Of a stretch of 64,000 nt of DNA, positions 12,206 through 25,230 are shown one piece after another. Where the stretch lies: the NCBI RefSeq assembly GCF_009914755.1, contig NC_060933.1; one strand, 5' to 3'. The number at the start of each line of letters is the position of its first letter. Within the stretch, counting starts at the first letter, position 1. The DNA comes from the human T2T-CHM13v2.0 reference genome, Homo sapiens. The position numbers and the translations under genes were made by a program. The notes beneath the pieces were generated by a model that made no database searches, was not told the origin of the DNA, and was given only the letters and a program-made list of their open reading frames with translations.

Positions 12206-13948
12206 TTATCCACCCACTCATCTACCCATGTATCTGACATCATTTCTCCTGTTTCATAAATCATTTATTGTTATTTCATTTTCCATGGTTTTGGTACTTT
12301 TGTCCATGAGATTGTAAACTTTTTAAAGGCAGGGACTGAAATTGCTTATTTTCATTCACTCTGGTAAAGTGCTGGTCATAAAGCTGCCATTCCATATCCT
12401 TTACTAGTTTGGTTCTTCCCATAAGTGTATCTTGGGTTCTCGTTTACTTCTCTTCTCTGTTAGGCTTCTCTTTCCTCTTGACTTCAATGATGAAGGAAAT
12501 GTTCTCCTTTCCTGGACTGCATCCCTGGGCTGACTCCTCCATGATTTTCTGTGTTCTTTCTGGAGAGTGGTGAGTATTGGCTACCGCTCTGCTGTGTACC
12601 TCATTGGGTTCCACTGATGCCCAGACCAACAGAAGAAGGAAAAATGGCAAGTGGGTTTGTCTAACCCAAATTCTGGTCAGTCAGATCTGCTGCCTGAGAG
12701 TGACCTCAACAGGTGTGTGGGTATACACCCCCTGAAAGAAACTTGAAAATCTTTTGAATCCACAGGAGTCCTGCACTGTTTATTGTGCATAAGGTGGCCC
12801 TCTTTCATTAGGTAAAAAGTGAGAGCCCCTGCCCCTGCTCCCTGGAGAAGCTCTGAATTCAGAGAAGGCACAGGGAACTATGAATATTATGTCAATCCAA
12901 ATGTGTTGGTATTCAGATCTTCCCACAGAACCAGCTAAGCCTTAATGAGAACCCCTAGGCTCTGATGTTCAATTTCCCTTTGAAAACATGGTATCATAGC
13001 CTCCGCCAATTCCTACACACAGAACCCAGAAGAGCTGCCACAGGAGCTGCCAGCCAACTGGAGGAAAATAGAGACCCTCCTGAATTGTCCTAAACTGTGC
13101 TTTCAAAGAAGGCTTAATCCACTCAGTTTTCTATGGTACACTAACTCAGGCCTTCAGAGATACCCGAACAGGAGTTGACATCTCCTGTATCATTTAATCC
13201 TCATAATGACTCTCCAGGCAGGCATGATCACCCCAATTTTACAGAAAAGAAAACAGAGGCTAGCAAATACCAGTTTCAACACATCATCTTTCTCACTTCA
13301 GAACCCTTGCTTTTTCCAGTGGGCTGGGATGCCTTCTTTCTAGAATATAAAAACTTGGTGTTTATTAAAAAATCATTTAACATTGCAACTCCCACACTTA
13401 ATTAGCACTCTTTTTTGGGTTTGGATTTTTTTTTGTTTGGGGTGCCATATGACAAGTCCAAAGATGTTTTGGAAAGCCAGAAGCTGGAAGCTTATTTAAG
13501 AAAGCAATAGTGTATTTAGAAATACAATAACTTAGCAGTGAAACTCCAAAGAAGAGTGGCAGAAGGCTTGCCCATCGATGCCAGCTGTTGGGACCTACTG
13601 ATTCATGCATACTCTTTCTTCCAGATGGTCTTCTCAGATTCCTAGTAGATGAGAGTTTATTACACATAGTGCTTTTATAAATAAATCTAAGGTCTTATGT
13701 GTACAATGCACATTATATTAATAAAAGTAAAAAGAAAAAAGAGAATGAGAGCCTTTTTTAAAGTTCTAAGCATATACAGTTTTCTTTATCCTTATACTTT
13801 GTGAGTCAGGGGTAGGGATCACCATTTGAGTTCATATAGTTTCAAGCTTGGATCTCTGTCTCTTGTTTCTCTTAATTTGTCATGTCTCTTGATAAGCAGC
13901 TATATTATCCAGGGAACTTCCTCAAGTATAGATAGCATGATTCTCAAG

Positions 13949-14136
13949 TTCAGGTAAAGCTGAAGGAATAATATGAATTGTTGGTTGGTGTGTTCTACTC
14001 TGTGGGTGAACACAGTTCTTCCTAATGTTGCTCAGTGCAAACTACTATGGAGATGAGAAGTAACATTAAAAATAAACACAATAAGCCAGGGCAAAAGGTT
14101 AAGCACAAGACTGTACTGATGAGCATAGAGGTTGAG
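13949..14136 (+). repeat. Donor copy of a 188-bp dispersed direct duplication
   Basis: Ungapped alignment to 16918-17105, 13 mismatches by hand count (~93%). Confidence 0.97.
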
Positions 14137-14807
14137 TTTAAATCATTTTTATTAGAAAGCAAAACAGCTTAGAAATGTCATAAGTGACATCTATTTTTAA
14201 TGACATTTGAAAATTTTTATTAGCAGTCATATTAGAACAGCTAAAAGTTATTTCATTGTCATCATTAGATTTTATTACAAATTACTGTATTTCAGGGTAG
14301 GACTTATTTTTCTGGTTCAAACTGATGCAAATCAACCTTTTTCTTTGACACTCTTAGAGTGACATCTATTGAGTCAGTTCAGCTCACTGGTTTGTTAAGA
14401 TAGCTCATTGAACAGGGGAGCCAGCCCTTTTAGGGTCCTGCTTCTCCTAACATAGACAGGCCTTGGAAAAATGCACCAGATGATTTTTTTTTCTAGCTCT
14501 ACCTCGTCCTGTAAGTAGAACTTTTGTCTTTAGTTGAATCTGGAAGCTAGGGAGCTTAAGGCTCTATATAAAGTCATCCAAATTGGCAGCTCTGACCACA
14601 TATTTTGGACTAATATTACAGTGAACAAGTATACTCAGGGCAAAATGAATCAGGCAGAATTGCTGAAATCTCTATAATTTTTCAGACATACTCTCACCTT
14701 CTCCTAAATTGAAAAACTATCCTTTAAAAAACCCATTATTTATAAATAATCATCTAGAGTATCAATTTATTTTTCTTATATTCTTATCTGTAATTTCTAG
14801 GGCCTTT

Positions 14808-14810
<3 letters not shown>

Positions 14811-14849
<39 letters not shown>
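14811..14849. repeat. (CA)19 microsatellite
   Basis: Direct read. Confidence 0.98.
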
Positions 14850-14851
<2 letters not shown>

Positions 14852-14891
14852 ATTCTCAGCCATTACTTGGATTAAACTCACTGTCAAATCT

Positions 14892-14896
<5 letters not shown>

Positions 14897-14965
<69 letters not shown>
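14897..14965. repeat. (AT)18 microsatellite fused to a T34 tract
   Basis: Direct read. Confidence 0.98.
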
Positions 14966-14966
<1 letters not shown>

Positions 14967-16034
14967 TTCTCTACCTCCTTGTAAAAAGAAAACACCAAAA
15001 ACCACTCTCCAATCCCTTCCCTCCATGAAAGAAGTGGTCTTTAAAAAAACAAATAAAGCAACAAGGAATGAGAAGACTCGTGTTGATTTTGGAATGAGAG
15101 TGTGACAGTGGATTTGGTGCATATTATTCAACTCTGAGGATGCACTGAAGTCAACCATGTCAATCAGACTGTTTGTGTAGCCGGACCTAATCAGGAAACA
15201 GATCCTGGTAAAACCATGTTTAGAAAGCTGCTAAATTCTGCTACTCTCTTCAGATATTGTAACTTTTTGTAAGGTCTTCATAGGAATGTTGTTCTGTGGG
15301 AGTGCTTTCAGCATATCCATCGGGTCTTTTTTATGAGGAGACAGTATGAATTCTAAATTATATGTCCGATACACACACACACACATATTTTTCCAGTAGA
15401 CAGCTGCTCAGATGTTTTCAGATGCATCTAACTTCAGATCTAACTTTAGGCAATGACATCAAGCTTGAACCCAGACTCCCATTGCAGTCTGTTGAGTCTG
15501 CCATTGGATTGTGGTATCATTCTGATGCAGAATTGGAATCGTGGCTTGTGGAGGCCTGATGTTTCAATTTGGGCTGCCGAGAGTCTGTCTCTGTGCTGCC
15601 AAAGCCAGCACACCACCGCAGACTGCATCACACCTGAATCAGGGAGGTTTGAGAGTTTCAGTTGATTTAGTACCACCATATACATGCACGTTTAGAGTAG
15701 AACTCCATGGACTACCATGGGAGAGGTGGTGCTTGGCATGCATAGAGTAGGTGGGACATGTGAACTTTTGGGCTCTCTCTCTCTGCAGGACTGATTTGTT
15801 CTTAAATTGACTGAATAATTCATTATTGCTTTGATGATCAACATTTAATTCTTCATTTTAGCCCATGGCTATATGTAGTCAAAACGTACTTATTTAAGTG
15901 TTATGCCAGTTGTCACAAAACATCCAGTAAGAAATTCTGTTAAAAAAATAAAAACAAAAGTGAGAGTTGCGTATAATTGACCACCTCCATTGATTGTTTT
16001 GTGGTCATATGGACCCCGGCTGGAATTGGCAGAC

Positions 16035-16190
16035 CAGGGATCTCAAACTCAGTTGCTTAAGAGGTTAAGTATATAAGCAAATAAAGTAGGTAAAGACCAA
16101 CATACTCCCTATCCGAAAGGACATTTCACTCTGGTAATTATGGCCGTATGTAGGAATTTGGGCATAGTAGGGCCAAATCCTCTAATATTC
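16035..16190 (+). mobile_element. hAT-Charlie MITE remnant (MER102-like)
   Basis: cagggatctcaaactc start and tgtaggaatttgggcatagtagggccaaatc motif. Confidence 0.35.
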
Positions 16191-16774
16191 ATAGGGAATA
16201 CCTATGTCCTACATATAATACCTCCCCTACCCATTCATGCTGTATGAGTTCTACTTATCCTGTAAAACTTTGTTTAAATATTAATTGCTCTGGGAAACAT
16301 TTCTTAACTGTTGTAGTGAGAATGAACTACTCAGTACCCACTCTCATACTCATAGCACATTGTGCAAATCTCCAATATTGATTGTACTTCACTAATGACA
16401 TAATAACTGCATGTTTGGTGACATCTCCCCAGCTCTACAGTGCAAGGGCAGGCCTCATGTACCTCTTGCAAAGCAGAGCTGGAGCCTAAGTAGGTACCAC
16501 ATGATGCTGAGTGGCTGAAAGATGACTATGGAAGCAGAATTGGAGTGGCAAACTCTTAGCTTCTTAGAGTTGATGTGGTGGTTTGGCAAATACTAGGAGC
16601 AATGAACAAGAAGGAAGCAGGCCCTGACAAAGTGTGTCATTATCATTCCTTACCAACTTCTTAAATGCTCTTTCTATTTGTATGTGCTACCTATTACATT
16701 CCTTTTCCCAACTGGTGCTTCAAATCAAATTCCTATCCCCTCACCAAGCTATATCCTATTAAATGCTATATTAG

Positions 16775-17282
<508 letters not shown>

Positions 17283-18639
17283 TAGAATGAGTTTTTAAGG
17301 GCAAGCTATTGCTGTATTATCCTTTGAACCTTGAGAGTCTAGTACAGTGATTAGACACAACTCAATAAATGCTCTTATGGGTGAACAAATGAATGAATGG
17401 TTACTACATTCATCAGCTTGCTTTCTCTCTGGGGCAGCTAGCTGAAAGAAAGCCTGTAAGGGGATGTGATTCTGGGTAGGCAATTAGAAAAACAGACCAC
17501 AGAATAGTTGGGGGTGTGGAAAATCCCTCTATATAAGAATTGTTCACCTCATCATTTCCTTGGAGGCTGGGCCTAACTGGGAGGAGAACCAGACCCCAGA
17601 ACCAGGACCATTGCTACCATTACTAATATTTTTGTTGGCTATTTAATTTTATAATTAGACTTTAGTTTTCTAAAATCTCATTCTTTATCATATAAGCTGA
17701 AAGTCTCTCACCAACATATTATTCACCTTGTATTGCTCTACTTCAGCTGTCTCACTTGTGAGATGGGATCAAAGATACCTTTCACTCAGCCACTTGGAAA
17801 TTCATTTTGAGGTCTCTAATGTGAAAGGGAATCTCAGCACCAGTTGATGATTGTGCAGCCTATTCAGGCTCTAATTTGATGATGCGCGGCTGTGATATTT
17901 TGCTTCAGAACTAAGTTAATGCAACACAGAACATGTTTTCCCCTGAGGCAAAGCAGCTTGCTTGTGTGTAGCAGACTGTGCTCAGTCCTTAGCATGAATC
18001 ATAAACAGATACTTCTCAAGCCACATCACTCCCATTATGAGAAAAATTATTGGATTTTTAGTCTTGGGTGGGTAAAGAAAAAGTAGCCTGCAGCTACATG
18101 GCATAACAAAATGTTGTTGTAAATTTCTGATGCTCGAGTGATGGGTTGGTATTACTCACTGCTCCTAAGAGCAACAATTACATTATAATATTGTCCTTTT
18201 TGTGTCCTAAAACAGAATCCTATGTGTAACAGAAAGGTGACTTAATGGTCTGAGATTTTCAATATTTGGGGGTGTTCATAGTTTTTAAGTACTGGCAAGA
18301 TAAATTTAATTAAGGTATAGTAATAAAAGAATAATATGGCAGCAGTAATTGTAACACTAGAGATTGAGTTCAATTTTCCATTGGTTTGCTGTCCATACAA
18401 ATGCATTTCCATACTTGTGGGAAAGGTGTGTCAACATCTATAGATCACCACAAAGCTCTAGTTTTGTCCACCTTTGTCAGACACAATCTTGTGAACTTGA
18501 ATTGACATGCTCTTTCACACAGGACAAAACTGGGGAATCAAAAATAGTCCTACGAAGAGAGTGAGTAGTCAAGGAATACTCCTATAATTGAATAGAGCTC
18601 CATGTTTGTTCATTGCTTTCAATTTCTTACATCATTTTC

Positions 18640-18830
18640 TTATCTGCGATCTCCTTTATTTTTAATCCCAGCAGCCTTGTGTGTGGGGTAGAGAAAGGGT
18701 CAGTGTCTTCTTTTATACACAGAGGAGTTCATCCACAAATACATTAAGCAACTTGTCTCAGGTCACTCAGATAGTTACTGACATTGTCAGGAGGAGAGCC
18801 CCAGCTGGTATCCAGACTCCTGGCTGGCAA
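18640..18830 (-). mobile_element. MIR
   Basis: attaagcaacttgtctcaggtcactcagatagtta. Confidence 0.6.
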
Positions 18831-19827
18831 TGGATGTTGTTGAAAGTTGCAAGCACAGAAGGAATTGAACCTTTTAAATAGCACGTTTGCATCTGGAGTG
18901 GTCCAGGGACATTGCTGAAAGGATGGAAACATAACCTAGATGGCCCCCTGATAAAAATCAAAGTTCTATGTTATTCCATGTGGTTACGATTGTGCAAGCA
19001 TATTAGCAATTAAAAGCTGCTGAGTAACCTTAGTTTTTCCACGAGATCATTTTCCAGGAGACGAAGAATTAGTATCAGTACAAAGGGACAAAGATGGAGG
19101 GGAACAGGACTTTTACCCTAGGTCTGTCATGGTGTGAACACCTACCCAGGTCAGCTCACCTACTGAGAGCTGAGTGCTCTCATTGAGGCCACGTTATTGT
19201 ATGTTACAGTCCAGCTGGCTCTAACCTGATGATGCATTTTTCAAGAGAATCATTGATCACTGTTGAATAAATAAATTGCTGTTGTCCCCATGGCTTTGAG
19301 CTATTATCTGTGAGAGAAGCAGCTTGGGGCAAATTGCCACCTGCTATACAGAGTATATGCTCTTTTAATTTTTGATTTATGGTTCATATTTGAAACTGCT
19401 TTTTGTTTTCTTGATCCATGATATCTCTCTTCTGATTGGCAATCATGTGACCTCCATTGCCCTGTTTCTCTGGATAGACTCCTGTCTCTTTAATGTGCCT
19501 CTCAGAGCCTCCTAAAGTGGATTTCATCAATAACATGTAGCCTATAGTTCAAGACAGACCATTCCAATATAAACTCTAAATTTGGTAAAAATCCACTTCA
19601 TGTGAGGTAGTAAAAGAGTGATGAAAGTCTTTTTTTTAAAAATTTTATACATTTCAAGATCAACATATCTAAAAGACAATAATGGCTTCCTCCTGCAAGT
19701 TCCTGGATGAGCTTAGGTATTTTGTTGGTTAGATTCCATCTACTTATCTGGAACCTCTTTTCTGAACTTTTAAGGTTAAGTTTTGAGCTTGCTTTTTACC
19801 CCTTGCTTAGCCTACAGCCCACTAGAT

Positions 19828-20793
19828 CAATATTTCTCAAATTCGAGTTTCAGAAATGCTGGAGTGTCTAAGGAACATTTTTTGCAGGATTTGAGAATTC
19901 CTGCAAAAATTTGGATTTATGTTTTAATAAATAGAAAAATTAATGGGTGTAGTGGATATTTATTGGTGGTTGTTTGGCACATCTTTTTCATTCTTCCTTG
20001 ATAACAGTACCACCAATTTCCTTTGGAAACCACTTCTCTCTTTCTTCAGGTACATAACTTGAGTGAGGTTAATCTTATCCATGGTTCCTGGCCTTAGCTC
20101 TGATTGTGATCAGTGTATCCCCCCTTGTTGGTCTCAGGGATGAGCATGTAATCTGGTCAGAGCCGATGGGGAAGGTTTGCTCAGGATTCTTTCACTTATG
20201 ACCTAGTTTAACTTAGATTTTCTTTTATTTGTAACCAAAATAAATCCTGACAGGTGCATAGATCATTTGGATGAATTTAGCGCCCATGTTTGTGTTTGTT
20301 TCCAGTATCTTTTGTGTCAAGTAATACTACTTAATTATCTTGAGCTAATAAGAAAATAATAGAGGTCAATTTAATATATAAATGATGCACATTTTATAAA
20401 TGAAGGTTTTGTAGTAATCGAATAGAGAGAAGTGAGTCATCAAATAGTGTCTACCCTTTGAAGCCTGCAGAACCTGAAAGGATCCATACCATAGTTATGG
20501 GTGCCAAGTTCAGACTGCAAACAGTGATCAATTCTGAGCAACATACCACCATCCATCACATTAAATTAAGATTGCTAATTAAAAACTTATTGGCTTGAAG
20601 TGTTGTTTGTATTTAATTTAAAACATTTTTAGTTGCTTAAGAACTATAAGCATAAGGACTTTTACAGCTATAGGTTTAAGGCTGTACAGATTTGAGTGAC
20701 AAAATAAAATTAAGTTAACACCAGGGGATCAAGGAGAAATGTGTTTTTTTCGTTACAGGGAATCTGCTCATTTCTTAAGTTTTAGAAGTGGTG
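19828..20793 (+). mobile_element. hAT-Charlie DNA transposon remnant
   Basis: Degenerate TIRs (caatatttctcaaa ... tttagaagtggtg); Charlie/Buster-type transposase C-terminus HHPSH* at 20547-20564. Confidence 0.55.
19948..20255 (+). mobile_element. MLT1 (K/L-like) LTR nested in the Charlie element
   Basis: tgtagtggata start; ctagtttaacttagattttcttttatttgtaaccaaaataaatcctgaca end. Confidence 0.55.
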
Positions 20794-21394
20794 CCATCAA
20801 TGGTAAAAGGTATATTTATGTTAAAAAAGACAGACTATGGAATTGGATAAACATCCTCCTGTCTGGAATATTACTGAATTGTACCAAGCTATATAAAAAT
20901 CTACCTCTAAAATTTCAACCCTTAAAAAGGAGCTTCTCTCTTCTAAGGAGGACAAAATATTTTGCAAGCATAACTGCTCTCATTTTCAACTCACTAGTGT
21001 GTGAGTTTATTCAGCAGATGTGAATATGAGCCTGAGCTCAGCAAGTTCAGTTCCTTTGGTTGCAAGTGCAGCTCATGTTGCTCCAACCTCTTCTGTAAAA
21101 TTTGCTTCTAGAGAAAAGCCAAGCACTATCAGGGGTCAGTGAAGGTGAGGTGAGTTTGTGAAGGGTGGTGGAATATGGGGTGACTACTCCTTTTTCTGTA
21201 ACACTGCTCTCACCAACAAACCCCAGTTGGGTGCATCCCAAGATCTCAATTTGCACTACAATTTGGAAATCACAAGTTGTTCCATGAGAAATGTGGGATT
21301 TTGTATCACTTGTACTGTGTTATACAAGGAGCAAACTTTTTCTAGAAGGAGGCTTTGGGTTTACCTATTGCAAGAACAAATTCAGGTCCATTTG

Positions 21395-21580
21395 GGTCAG
21401 CTCAACAAATACTTTCCAAGTTCCTACTATGTGCCCAGCATTGTGCTGTATACTTGGGGACACAAGGAAATACTAAAATATGATCATTTCCCTGAAAAAG
21501 TTTGTAGTATAGTGAGAATGTAGATTTCAATGCAATGTGGTAATCCAATGACAGGGGTAATCAGAGAATACTACAGAAAC
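21395..21580 (-). mobile_element. L2 3' fragment
   Basis: tcaacaaatactttccaagttcctactatgtgcccagcattgtgctg. Confidence 0.7.
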
Positions 21581-21644
21581 CCACTTACCCACATCATCTG
21601 TGAGTTCACAGGAAAAAGGAAGACAAAACTAGTTATTTTCACTG

Positions 21645-21648
<4 letters not shown>

Positions 21649-21685
<37 letters not shown>
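21649..21685. repeat. (AC)18 microsatellite
   Basis: Direct read. Confidence 0.98.
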
Positions 21686-21689
<4 letters not shown>

Positions 21690-23957
21690 TGTTTGACTAA
21701 TTATTTTGGCTTTAGAATGGTTGCATTGACATTACCTCAGGTAGATTCGGGTAGACTTAGATATTGATAAGTGAAAGATGGAGATTCAACTATGATACCC
21801 AATAGATGGAGACTGTTGCTGATTTTTTGGTTATCGTATTTTAAAGTTGTCAGCAATGCCTTTGGCCAGTTTATCTCTGCCGTTGGAGAAAACAACGGCA
21901 GAGAGTTTTTATGTGGTGAGACAATTACAACTTTTGTTTTCTCACCTATGTGCAATGAAAACTACTTTCTTGCCAACAAAGCTGTAGGACCATTTTCCTG
22001 ATGATACCCTGGCAGGTTGGAGCCAGAGTTTGCTTTCAGTATTCATCAGAGTCCCGCTTTCCTTGCTCATTAATTCTGGGTAAATTTTAAGTTGTTTCTT
22101 CAAGTACTGAAACTCTCAGACTGAAGTATAACAGAAATAACACAGGGGAGGAGGTGGCTGTCTTTGTTGAAACCATTTGGAAGAGAGAAGGGCTGGTGTG
22201 GAAGTGTGAATTTGCAGTTGTTGATGAATGAACCAGGAGACTGCAGCCTGTGGCCATTGTAATTCCCCCCAGCCCCCAAGCATCATAAAAAGAGTGTTGT
22301 AGTTTCAGAGCTGAATTTCTCTCTGTTTGCTTGGCTTTGTAATTTGGGCCAATATGTCTGGGCTGTCAAAAACCACATCCTCTTTATTTTAAGTCTTTCC
22401 ATTTTTACCTTTCATTTCCTCACCGGCCAAAGCTCTTCTTGTGCTAATTCTATTGATTCCTTCTTTTTCTTATTTGGAAAACAAAGCACCTTGAAAGTCA
22501 CTCCATATAATGTGGGTAGCCTGCGTCTGAGGAGGCTTTTCTGTAAAATTGAGAATTTTGAATGCATTGCTAGAGGATATTTTTCTTTAAATTTCTTTTT
22601 GGGTCTTATCTAATGGCACATTAAAAGTCGGCTGGGTACTAAATTTATTGAGAGGTCCAGAAAAAGTGCAATTTAATCTAATAAAGATTTAATTATGCTG
22701 GGAAATAATGAGGTCTAAAGATCCCAGTGGAGTGCTCGCTGGGTTAACTTGCTCCTGTGATAGATTTCTTAGCATTGGTGTAAAAAATCATGGGGGACAC
22801 TCTCTGTGTGTGCATTCCTCTTTGGAAGAAAATGAGACTACTTGAAGGGGGGAATGTGTTTGCATAAGTATTGCTTAAAGGTATTTATGAAAAATAGATC
22901 TACGTTTGCATAGTCTTCTGAAAGGGGCCTCAAAGATTACACTCTTCAAGAGAACAGTCATAACAGAGCAGCTAATTCTGGCTTGGCTAAATAATTCATC
23001 TACTCCTCCACCATTTATTGAATACATCATGGGGAATTTGAAGCAGTGAAGCCTAAGGCAGTGTCTGCCTGCTTTGTTCAATGTTCTTAGCTTAGAGTTT
23101 CAAAAATATAGTTGTTAATAGATGTTACATAGGAAACAAGGGAGAGAGAGGGTGGTGTAGAGAGGACCTGTGGTTAGGTGTTAGGAAAACACTGCTAACT
23201 TATATTCCTCTAGGAAACATATAGTAATTAGTTAAAGGCTCTAAGATGTCTTTCTATAAAATAAGTGTTTACCTTTATTCAGTGTAGAGGTTTTAGTTCT
23301 TACAGGATCATGGATGTCCTCTTTCTTTCCAGTGAATATCTATACATCTCGTGGAACACATTACAAGAACAAAATAGTCATATGGGTTGTTCTCGTTGTC
23401 TAAGATGGTTGGCTGATATGTTGTGATGTCGTATAGATACAACCTCACACAGGGCAATGATTCTCAAAGGGTGATATATTTGTAATAAAACAATGCCTTT
23501 CAAGACAGGGTTTCTTTACTGCTATGCTAATGGCTTGACCAAAAGGAGCCCAAGCGTCCTGCCTCAGGGTGGAATGGCAGCCTGGACCCCATGTCTGTTT
23601 GGCTAAAGTACCTCCTGCCTCCATTCCTTCCCTTTCAGGTTTAAGGACGCCCCTGTGTCACACAAACTACAGAAGCAGCTTCCTTTCTTGCTTATTTGTT
23701 CCACCTCTGCGAAGGCCATAATCAGGATATGTAACGTGTCCACTCATTTTTCTCTAAGAGCGTTCACTGTGGGATTTGGACAAACCTTCTTAATCTCTGA
23801 CTTCTCTCCATTCTCAGCCTACTCTTAGAATAAGGATCACAAGACATGAGATAGGAAGCCAAAACCTGGTAGAGACAAATATATGAATTTTCCGTATCAA
23901 CTCTTTGAACTACTTAATATAAGGCATTCTATAGATAATAATTCCCTTGATCGTATC

Positions 23958-24306
23958 CAGGCAAATCCCATTTTATTGTGCTTTGCTTTATGTGTTTTGC
24001 AGATATTTCATCTTTTACCAGTTGTAGGTTTGTGGCAACCCTGCACTGTGTAAGTCTATGGGCACCATTTTTCTGGCAGCATGTGCTCACTTCGTGTCTG
24101 TGTCAGCATTTTTTAGCAAAACATATTTTAAATTGTTATGTATATTGCTTTTTACACATAATGCTAGTACACACTTAATAGACTATAGCATAGTGTAAAC
24201 ATAATTTTTATATTATGTTTTATATGCACTAGGAAGCCAACAAATTGTGCGACTTATTTTATTGGGGTAGTCTGAAACCAAACCTGCAAATTCTGAGGTA
24301 TGCGTG
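23958..24306 (+). mobile_element. Tigger1 internal-deletion derivative retaining both ends
   Basis: Left end caggcaaatcccattttattgtgctttgc...gcatgtgctcacttcgtgtc joined to right end gcattttttagca...gaggtatgcgtg followed by TA. Confidence 0.88.
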
Positions 24307-24479
24307 TATTCTTTCCTTAGTATTTTCATATACATTATCTTATTTGATCCCAACTCAATTTTTGAGAGACATCCTGATGAGAAGAATTAACACTAGATGG
24401 ATTAGACAGATTTGGAAAATAACGAGCACCCAAGACTAGAAGCAACGGCTCTCCAGTTAAACGCTTTTCCTATGATGCT

Positions 24480-25230
24480 AGAGTTTCCCAAAGGTTGTAG
24501 ATTTTAGGGAGGGCACAGACATGGCAGTAAATGCCATTGAATCATAAGGTAAGAATATTAGGGATGTGCTGGTTTCTTTCTCTTTTTGTTTTTCTATTTG
24601 ATATAGAGTCTGTCACCCAGGCTGTAATGCAGTGGCATGGTGAGCTGCAGCCTTGACCTCCTGGACTCAAACAATCTTCCTGTCTCAGCCTCCTGGGTGG
24701 CTGAGCAGTTTCTTTTTTAAACACTTTCAAATACATAAAGGAGAAAGCCTCTGATTCTAGTCTTTAACCTCTCTCTAATATTGGCACATCTCCTCTTTCA
24801 ATAAATACAGAGCAGGACACAGATAACAGTGCATTAGTTTCATTTCACAGTTACCTTCTATTTGTGGTGACATGAAGTTTTCTTTTAATTGAATACATTA
24901 TATTTATTTTGTTGACCAGATAATATATACAAATGGTACAATGTTCAAAAAGTATACAAAGGTAATATACCTTTACCTGCTAGCCCCCCAAATTTTGTAC
25001 AAAGGTAATTGTGGTCAGTAGTTTCTTATTGGTATTTCCACAGATATATTCATAGTAATATGTATGTATATGTGTGTATTTTTATATAGATTTTTAAAAC
25101 CTAAGTGGTAGTAAATTAGTCATGCTGTTCTGCACTTTGACTTTTTTTTCTATTAAATATTTATCTGGGGGTCCCAGATATGGCAAAAATTTTTAAGCAG
25201 GTTCACAGAAGACTGGTCACCTGCTTATAA
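24480..25230. mobile_element. MER113-like hAT-Charlie pieces, interrupted by Alu and L1M fragments
   Basis: gagtttcccaaag start; cagatatggcaaaaat motif near 25180. Confidence 0.35.
24572..24706 (-). mobile_element. AluJ/FLAM monomer fragment
   Basis: tgtcacccaggctgtaatgcagtggc...ctcctggactcaaacaatcttcctgtctcagcctcc. Confidence 0.85.

Noticed and set aside
14709-15158. ORFs with HT, YI, K and F runs
   Set aside because: Translations of microsatellites and poly-T.
17843-17946. Two TGATGA motifs and a downstream CTGA resembling a box C/D snoRNA
   Set aside because: No terminal stem, imperfect box C context and no recognisable guide sequence.
21874-21912. Hairpin plus T-run resembling a rho-independent terminator
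   Set aside because: Primate nuclear DNA with no sign of bacterial origin; kept only as a palindrome finding.
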